DNA of 20,000 bases, from IMG/VR virus record IMGVR_UViG_3300044974_000598; one strand, given 5' to 3'. Below are positions 14,885-20,000 of this stretch, piece by piece (the stretch's first letter is position 1; each line of letters starts with the position of its first letter). The position numbers and the translations under genes were made by a program. Under the pieces are notes generated by a model, which worked only from the letters and a program-made list of their open reading frames with translations, searched no databases and was not told where the DNA came from. Origin of the DNA: an uncultured virus (IMG/VR IMGVR_UViG_3300044974_000598). Its lineage: Duplodnaviria; Heunggongvirae; Uroviricota; Caudoviricetes.

Positions 14885-15196
14885 TTATGGGATAATATAA
14901 TTTTTTCTATTTGTATTTTCCCAAATTTCTTTATCACTATTTTCATATAATAATTCATCATCCTCCTTACAAAATAATTCTAAGGTAGAATTACCATCAT
15001 TTTCTTGTGGTTCAATAACTTCCATGGTATCATGTAGCAATAAAGAATCATCAAAATCAATATCTTCCCTTTCATTCATTGTCATCATTTTTGCCTTCTC
15101 TTTGGCTTCGTCTAAAGTTTCAGCTTCAACGCTAAATTTAAATCTGTTCCAAATAGTAATCTTTTCATCAATGTAAAAATCAAATTCTTGTTTCAT
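14885..15196 (-). CDS. Acidic hypothetical protein with VEAETLDEAKEKA motif (DpnD/PcfM-like)
   Basis: 103 aa, D/E-rich. Motif common in phage early genes. Confidence 0.7.
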   Translation of the reverse strand: MKQEFDFYIDEKITIWNRFKFSVEAETLDEAKEKAKMMTMNEREDIDFDDSLLLHDTMEVIEPQENDGNSTLELFCKEDDELLYENSDKEIWENTNRKNYIIP

Positions 15197-15218
15197 AGTT
15201 TTTTGGTTTATTTTTTAA

Positions 15219-15386
15219 TTAATTATTTTCAACACTGCACATTACTATAATTGTATTGTCTAATTGTGCTAATTGATTCTCAAATTCTTCTGCCATTTGT
15301 TCAAAATCATAGGTAATTTTGCCCTTATCATCTTCCCAATAATAAACGGGTAAAATGATTTGTTCTTTGTGGTTGTGTGGTTTCAT
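15219..15386 (-). CDS. 55-aa hypothetical protein (not in ORF track)
   Basis: MKPHNHKEQIILPVYYWEDDKGKITYDFEQMAEEFENQLAQLDNTIIVMCSVENN*. Confidence 0.65.
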   Translation of the reverse strand: MKPHNHKEQIILPVYYWEDDKGKITYDFEQMAEEFENQLAQLDNTIIVMCSVENN

Positions 15387-15396
15387 AATTCCTAAT

Positions 15397-15564
15397 TTAA
15401 TTTATATTGGTTAAAATGTTTGTTTCTTTTGCATCTGCATACTTAACTTTAGTTAATTCAATATCAATTATCAATGTATTATGTGGTACATTTAATTGGT
15501 CGCATATATCGTACCAATAATTAATATTATCAAAATCATCATAGTAAAGGGTTAAAAATTTCAT
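15397..15564 (-). CDS. 55-aa hypothetical protein (not in ORF track)
   Basis: MKFLTLYYDDFDNINYWYDICDQLNVPHNTLIIDIELTKVKYADAKETNILTNIN*. Confidence 0.65.
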   Translation of the reverse strand: MKFLTLYYDDFDNINYWYDICDQLNVPHNTLIIDIELTKVKYADAKETNILTNIN

Positions 15565-15568
15565 AGGT

Positions 15569-15787
15569 TTAATTTAAAAGTTTAATTTCTTCAATAGGGC
15601 ATAATTCAATAGCTATAATACATTTGTCCCTCATAGCCCCTTCAAATTCGCTTTCCCTATATAATAGGTGTTCACTTTGGTCTTCATATATGGCATACAA
15701 TTCAAATTCTTGACTGCGCCATAAACTTTCAGCTATATGGGTAACATCAGCCCATAAAAAGCCGTCATTTGCTTGTAATACTTGCAT
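15569..15787 (-). CDS. Hypothetical protein
   Basis: 72 aa acidic ORF in the array. Confidence 0.7.
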   Translation of the reverse strand: MQVLQANDGFLWADVTHIAESLWRSQEFELYAIYEDQSEHLLYRESEFEGAMRDKCIIAIELCPIEEIKLLN

Positions 15788-15805
15788 AAAATTTAATTTA
15801 ATTAT

Positions 15806-15994
15806 TTATATATGTTTTAATGATTCAATTTCAGCTTTCAAATATTCAGTCGCTTGATAAACTACTTCATCTTCAGCTAACTTAAAATTCTTACCGGATT
15901 TGGTTTCTATGTATAAATTTCCTTGCGAAATAAAAACTTTGGTTTCGTTTTCGTCAATGTTAAACTTTGCATAGTTTAATGTCTTGTTGTTCAT
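15806..15994 (-). CDS. Hypothetical protein
   Basis: 62 aa ORF with AAAAAACT-ATG start. Confidence 0.7.
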   Translation of the reverse strand: MNNKTLNYAKFNIDENETKVFISQGNLYIETKSGKNFKLAEDEVVYQATEYLKAEIESLKHI

Positions 15995-16000
15995 AGTTTT

Positions 16001-16498
16001 TTAATTTAAAAATTGTTGTGGTATGTTAGTGTTTAATAGTCTATATCCCTTTGGTTTGTACTTTTCAAGTTTTTCGTTCAAAGTCTGCTTAAAAAAATCG
16101 GGGTGTTTTTCCCACATATCTCTCAATGGCAATTTAAAAGTAATTGTTTGATAGGTTATATCCCCGCCGTCATCAATACCAATTAAGATAGCTTTCTGCA
16201 TTTCTCTATTTAATTTTTTAGCTATGGCATCTTTTTCTTTCTTTGTTGCCAATTCACAAGCTAAATCATCTAAATAATTATACAAAGCAGTCCCATTAGA
16301 TTCACAAAATCCTTCTGCATCTCTAATAAGTTCCCTAGTTAATTCCGTTCCCTCGTGGTGGTAGCTACAACAACCACCTTTGCCGGTATTTTCAGCATAA
16401 CCACATTTAACGCCATTTACCCATATATTCCCGACAAAGCATAAAGTTTCTTCGCTTAATCGGTCATAATGCTTAAAATTTTTTAATTCAATTTTCAT
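16001..16498 (-). CDS. Conserved phage/MGE hypothetical protein (MKIELKN...SEETxCF...NxGxGGC type)
   Basis: 165 aa with a recognisable N-terminal motif. Function unknown. Confidence 0.75.
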   Translation of the reverse strand: MKIELKNFKHYDRLSEETLCFVGNIWVNGVKCGYAENTGKGGCCSYHHEGTELTRELIRDAEGFCESNGTALYNYLDDLACELATKKEKDAIAKKLNREMQKAILIGIDDGGDITYQTITFKLPLRDMWEKHPDFFKQTLNEKLEKYKPKGYRLLNTNIPQQFLN

Positions 16499-16514
16499 AG
16501 TTTTTTAGTTTAGT

Positions 16515-16778
16515 TTAAAATATAAGTGTTTGGTCATTGTAATATGGCTTGTAATCATCCATAAAAGCCTCAAATTTTAGCTTATCATTTAAGTTGGTAC
16601 ATTGTATCACATATGTATCATTGAGCCTTAATTCGTCTTTAATTGCGTCATGCAAATATGCAGTTTGTTTTTTATCACATTCATTGGATAGCATCTTAAA
16701 TAATTCATCTGCATCAAATTCTTCTAAAAGTTTGCTTATCCATCCTTCTAATACTTTTGTTGGTATTTTGTTTCTCAT
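16515..16778 (-). CDS. Hypothetical protein
   Basis: 87 aa ORF in the array. Confidence 0.7.
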   Translation of the reverse strand: MRNKIPTKVLEGWISKLLEEFDADELFKMLSNECDKKQTAYLHDAIKDELRLNDTYVIQCTNLNDKLKFEAFMDDYKPYYNDQTLIF

Positions 16779-16797
16779 TTTGTTTAATTTAATAATT

Positions 16798-16986
16798 TTA
16801 AATAGATAAATAGTTCTCCCAATAATGGTTCTCCATTTCGATTTTAAGTGCCTCTTTTAGCCCTTTAATCTTGTTTTGAACTGCATACTTGTTTTTGACT
16901 TTGCCTTCCAATAAACGGCTATTAAGCACTTTTATTTGGCTTTTGGTTTTGTTGATTGTTTCAATCGGTGTAAGTGGTTTTTTCAT
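16798..16986 (-). CDS. Small basic helical hypothetical protein
   Basis: 62 aa ORF downstream of a promoter-like motif. Confidence 0.7.
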   Translation of the reverse strand: MKKPLTPIETINKTKSQIKVLNSRLLEGKVKNKYAVQNKIKGLKEALKIEMENHYWENYLSI

Positions 16987-17009
16987 AGATGTTTTTATTT
17001 AGATATTAC

Positions 17010-17033
17010 GCAAATTAGAATTAATTTAATTAA
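17010..17033 (-). promoter_or_regulatory. Promoter-like element: TTAATTAAATTAA palindrome plus variant box CTAATTTG
   Basis: The 16-mer GAATTAATTTAATTAA is identical to 4123-4138. The 12-mer GCAAATTAGAAT is identical to 19668-19679 and 19814-19825. Confidence 0.55.
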
Positions 17034-17042
17034 TAATAAAAT

Positions 17043-17135
17043 TTATTTTAGGGCATAGTTTAAAACCATCAGCCCAAATAATAAACAACAAGCTATATAT
17101 AGGCCATATATAAGGGCATTTTTTAACTTTAACAT
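17043..17135 (-). CDS. 30-aa single-TM peptide (not in ORF track)
   Basis: MLKLKNALIYGLYIACCLLFGLMVLNYALK*, overlapping the upstream stop. Confidence 0.5.
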   Translation of the reverse strand: MLKLKNALIYGLYIACCLLFGLMVLNYALK

Positions 17136-17515
17136 AGTGAGTAATTGTTTAAGAATTTTTTTACTTCGGTAGTATTCGGTATTGTTTCCTTTTCAATAAC
17201 CCAATTTAAATGCTCTCTAATATGCTCACCAACAACATTGTTAGTAAGTGTAGGATTATCATCAGTATCGGATATATATAACTTACCTTCATATGTTTCC
17301 CCATCTTCAAATAAAAGGGTAAATTTAACCTTATTATAGCCACCATGACCACTACTAACAATATCCTCGTAAATAGGTATCAAAGCCTTATTTGTAGCTA
17401 CATAACTTGAATAGCTTTGAGGAAACTTATCATACTTTGAATTGTCGCCCTCAGCCCAATGGATGGTAATAGCTTTTAGCTTTATTTTCTCATCATCTTT
17501 TGTAAAATTTTTCAT
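17129..17515 (-). CDS. LPD25-like (large polyvalent protein-associated domain 25) protein
   Basis: ITIHWAEG ... GGYNKVKFTLLFEDGETYEGKLYI matches the recalled LPD25 pattern (WSE...GYxKTxF...YxGRxD). Confidence 0.55.
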   Translation of the reverse strand: MKNFTKDDEKIKLKAITIHWAEGDNSKYDKFPQSYSSYVATNKALIPIYEDIVSSGHGGYNKVKFTLLFEDGETYEGKLYISDTDDNPTLTNNVVGEHIREHLNWVIEKETIPNTTEVKKFLNNYSLC

Positions 17516-17533
17516 TTGTTTTTATTTATGTTT

Positions 17534-17562
17534 AAAAAATGGGGGGCATATTTCATCCCCCC
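17534..17562 (-). terminator. Rho-independent terminator with UGAAAUAU loop
   Basis: Minus strand GGGGGG-AUGAAAUAUG-CCCCCC-AUUUUUU. Confidence 0.8.
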
Positions 17563-17568
17563 TTAAAT

Positions 17569-17955
17569 TTATCCGTATATATGCTCACCAATAAAACATA
17601 CTTGCAATATAGCATCCGAGGTATCTGCATCATCCCTTTCGTTGACCATTTCTAATATCCATTTAGGCTCTACATTATTCATTTGAAAATGGACGCTATC
17701 TAAGGTCAATGTATGGGTTTCGCCACTATTAGAATCCTCTGCTTGAATCGAATAGCCCAATCTCAGCATTTCCATTAATACATCCTCATAGCATGGTTTA
17801 TTGCCGTACTCATCCTTAGCCGTTTTACGAGCTATATCATATTCATCCTCGTTATACTTTACTTCAATCTCATAAGACTGAAAATAGCTAAGGCCATTGC
17901 ATAAAGCATTGTGGAAATACTTTTCTGCCTCGTGTTTTTCTAATTGAATTTTCAT
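17569..17955 (-). CDS. Phage hypothetical protein with C-terminal DAxxxDxIxQxxxxGExxYG motif
   Basis: Track ORF 17569-17979. Likely ATG start MKIQLEK at 17955. Confidence 0.75.
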   Translation of the reverse strand: MKIQLEKHEAEKYFHNALCNGLSYFQSYEIEVKYNEDEYDIARKTAKDEYGNKPCYEDVLMEMLRLGYSIQAEDSNSGETHTLTLDSVHFQMNNVEPKWILEMVNERDDADTSDAILQVCFIGEHIYG

Positions 17956-17976
17956 AATATTTTTTTGTTTAGGTTT

Positions 17977-17994
17977 CAAAATTAATTTAGTTAA
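17977..17994 (-). promoter_or_regulatory. -7 box TAATTTTG overlapping the near-palindrome TTAATTTAGTTAA
   Basis: TAnnTTTG at 17977-17984, 21 nt upstream of ATG 17955. Palindrome with one mismatch at 17982-17994. Confidence 0.45.
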
Positions 17995-18018
17995 TAATAG
18001 GTTGTTGTTAATGAAAAG

Positions 18019-18261
18019 TTAATCTCTTGTTAATCGTGGTAAAAAATCGGCATCCACTTGTTTAAGGCCATAGTGATTAAATAGGCCGTTAAAATCGTGT
18101 ACAATGGTCGTTTTTGCCATCTCTTTATCATCTGCTATCATTTCAAATAAATGATTTGCATATGGCTCTAAGGTCAAGGCAATGTCAAGGCACTTCATTT
18201 TGTCATAGTTAAATTCACTGCTAACAAAATCTAGAATTTTTTCAAAGTTTTGGTTTTTCAT
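18019..18261 (-). CDS. Hypothetical protein (weak DUF6874-like HDxxG...FLPR motif)
   Basis: 80 aa containing VHDFNGLFNH...DFLPRL. Confidence 0.65.
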   Translation of the reverse strand: MKNQNFEKILDFVSSEFNYDKMKCLDIALTLEPYANHLFEMIADDKEMAKTTIVHDFNGLFNHYGLKQVDADFLPRLTRD

Positions 18262-18290
18262 TTGTTTAATTTTTGTATAAAAATAGGTTT

Positions 18291-18317
18291 AAAAAATGGG
18301 GCATATTTCAGCCCCAT
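18291..18317 (-). terminator. Rho-independent terminator with UGAAAUAU loop, downstream of ardC
   Basis: Minus strand AUGGGGC-UGAAAUAU-GCCCCAU-UUUUU. Confidence 0.85.
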
Positions 18318-18325
18318 ATTTGGCT

Positions 18326-19243
18326 TTATTCTTGTTCGTTTATGATTTCCTCCTCTTGCTTATTAAGTATCAATTTTGCGGCCTTTGAGGCTCTTTGAGA
18401 GGCCATTATAAATAGCTTCTTATCACCTTTTATAGCGTTTTTCCAATTCTTTAAATAAGCTACCGAATTACGCTCTTGAGTTTCATTACTTATCCCTAAT
18501 TCAGCACATATAAACGCACTAGTCAATTCAGCTACTAATTCCTCAGTTCCATAGTCGCATGAACCAAAATTAGCAGTAGCTACAACCTCTTTACGATTTA
18601 ACCTACTTTGGTGTCCTGTGCTGTGTCCTAATTCATGGAAATAAACTGAATAGAAAGCCTCAGCACTAGCAAATTGCTTTAAAAGTGGCATTTGTACATA
18701 GTCCTTAGATGGCTGATAAAAAGCCCTATCCGACTCCATTACTGAACTAGTCAAAGAATCATAGGTGCTGATATAATTGCTCACAATCCCCTCGCAAAGG
18801 TCAATTTTTTCATGCTCATTATATTCCACTTTTTCAGTACTTGAACCAATGGTGATATTTTCACATTGCTCTACATTAAATACATTATAGTAGCGTAAAA
18901 TAGGCACTTTTTTAACCTCATCTTGCTGAGTTGCTTCGTTCGTTTTTGTATATTCATTTAGCTTCCAAAATACCACCATTGCACCTTTCTCACCTTTCTT
19001 AACATTACCACCCATTTCAGTAACTTGCTTATATGTAAGCCAATAAGGAGAGGCAAAACCATATAATTGTAGCAAGAAAAAGTTAATGCCATTATAAGGC
19101 TTTTTGCTCTTACCATTCATTGGAAAGCATCCTCCGTTGTTACATTTCCATGGCTTTACCCAAGTTAGTTTTTCGTTCTTTTCAATGTCAGCGAGAATTT
19201 TCTCGGTAACGATTTCGTAAAGGTCAAAAGTTGAATTTTTCAT
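18326..19243 (-). CDS. ardC: Antirestriction protein ArdC (ssDNA-binding ArdC-N/DUF1738 plus zincin-like MPTase)
   Basis: WVKPW, PYNGIN, WLTYKQ...GGNVKKGEKG, YYNVFNVEQ, AFYQPSKDYVQMP, FHELGHSTGH..RLNR, YGTEELVAEL, AYLKNW. Confidence 0.93.
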   Translation of the reverse strand: MKNSTFDLYEIVTEKILADIEKNEKLTWVKPWKCNNGGCFPMNGKSKKPYNGINFFLLQLYGFASPYWLTYKQVTEMGGNVKKGEKGAMVVFWKLNEYTKTNEATQQDEVKKVPILRYYNVFNVEQCENITIGSSTEKVEYNEHEKIDLCEGIVSNYISTYDSLTSSVMESDRAFYQPSKDYVQMPLLKQFASAEAFYSVYFHELGHSTGHQSRLNRKEVVATANFGSCDYGTEELVAELTSAFICAELGISNETQERNSVAYLKNWKNAIKGDKKLFIMASQRASKAAKLILNKQEEEIINEQE

Positions 19244-19262
19244 AATTGTAGATTTTATATGA

Positions 19263-19610
19263 TTATATGATTTCTAATAAGGTTAATAAGTCAAATGAGG
19301 TTATAGTTTTACCTACTTTATAGTTGTCTTGATATAAAAAATAATGATTTGTAGATAGTGGCAAAGCATAGTAATATGAGCCATCACAATCTGCTTCAAA
19401 TTTTTCTTTAAAAAATACAATCTCATTATTGCCGTTATCATCTGCTTCTTTAATCATTAAATACATAGTATCACCACTTCCATATTCAACGAAGCATAAA
19501 GAGGTAGCTTGATAAATACTGCCATCAATGTAAATAGGGCAAAATTTAAGTACTTCAAAAGGATGGCCATTGAATTGCATTTCTTTTTTTGTTGGTAAAA
19601 ACTTTTTCAT
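19263..19610 (-). CDS. Hypothetical protein, first gene of the early array
   Basis: 115 aa ORF directly downstream of the promoter region. Confidence 0.7.
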   Translation of the reverse strand: MKKFLPTKKEMQFNGHPFEVLKFCPIYIDGSIYQATSLCFVEYGSGDTMYLMIKEADDNGNNEIVFFKEKFEADCDGSYYYALPLSTNHYFLYQDNYKVGKTITSFDLLTLLEII

Positions 19611-19637
19611 AAAATAGTTATTTGGTTAATTAATAAG

Positions 19638-19679
19638 CGAATCTACAATTATTTATTTATTACTTAAGCAAATTAGAAT
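19638..19679 (-). promoter_or_regulatory. Early promoter: variant -7 box TAGATTCG (19638-19645) with upstream TTTG inside the ATTCTAATTTGC repeat
   Basis: One mismatch to TAnnTTTG. TTTG lies about 23 nt upstream, slightly longer than the usual spacing. Confidence 0.45.
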
Positions 19680-19844
19680 AAATATTTTTATATATTTTTA
19701 CAAATTAACAAAGCCTTAACATTTCAATGTTTAACGCATTTTAAGGCGATTCTAGGCCACTTATCCCCTTTTGATATCATAGTATCAACAAGCCCAAGAT
19801 AATTGAATTTTGAGCAAATTAGAATTTTATATAATACATAAACC

Positions 19845-20000
19845 ATTGACCATACTAAAACCATTAGCTACACTAATTCCTTTAGCATATCCCCTAATAC
19901 ATACTATAACCCATACACCCTATACCCTATACCACCAAGCATAGATAATAGCAAGTGCAAGCCCCATACCATAGCCAAACCAATACTCTAACCAATAGCC
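19845..20000 (+). repeat. Non-coding, C/A-skewed region with short CCATA/CCCTATA repeats
   Basis: CCATAC at about 19850, 19911 and 19964, tandem CCCTATA-CCCTATA at 19918-19931, very few G on the top strand, no long ORF. Confidence 0.6.

Noticed and set aside
13437..17339. Plus-strand ORFs 13437-13625, 14026-14271, 14156-14350, 14400-14618, 16594-16809 and 17145-17339
   Set aside because: Antisense to a tightly tiled minus-strand gene array.
1..20000. Stop-codon reassignment as in some crAss-like phages
   Set aside because: Genes tile densely under the standard code. TAG (4552, 5553) and TGA (9200, 12631) act as real stops.
1..20000. tRNA or rRNA genes
   Set aside because: No cloverleaf or T-arm GTTCRA in an intergenic context was seen, and most intergenic gaps are too short.

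Overview
AT-rich (about 30% GC by eye) segment of a tailed dsDNA phage or prophage genome, most likely infecting a Bacteroidota host: TAnnTTTG -7 promoter boxes, A-rich start regions without Shine-Dalgarno sequences, standard genetic code. Four modules are visible. (1) About 114-8001: a divergently transcribed glycosylation cluster with about six glycosyltransferase domains and two methyltransferase domains. It includes a GT4::TibC/Aah-type O-heptosyltransferase fusion with an intact iron-finger, a homolog of plant HPAT/SERGT protein O-glycosyltransferases, and DUF6165- and DUF6171-like genes. (2) 8061-10542: an extended lysis cassette of seven membrane or exported proteins plus an M15 peptidase endolysin. 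(3) 10542-12798: a GIY-YIG/NUMOD3 homing endonuclease, a calcineurin-like phosphoesterase and a small HExxH protein. (4) 12858-19610, minus strand: an array of small early or host-takeover genes including ArdC and an LPD25-like protein, preceded by a structured, strand-skewed non-coding region. The best candidate for a new system is phage-encoded protein (virion) O-glycosylation and methylation. Other highlights are a recurrent TTAATT-N-AATTAA palindrome beside promoters, twin terminators with an identical loop, and repeat-bounded shuffled mini-genes. All family calls come from motif recognition by eye, not database searches.
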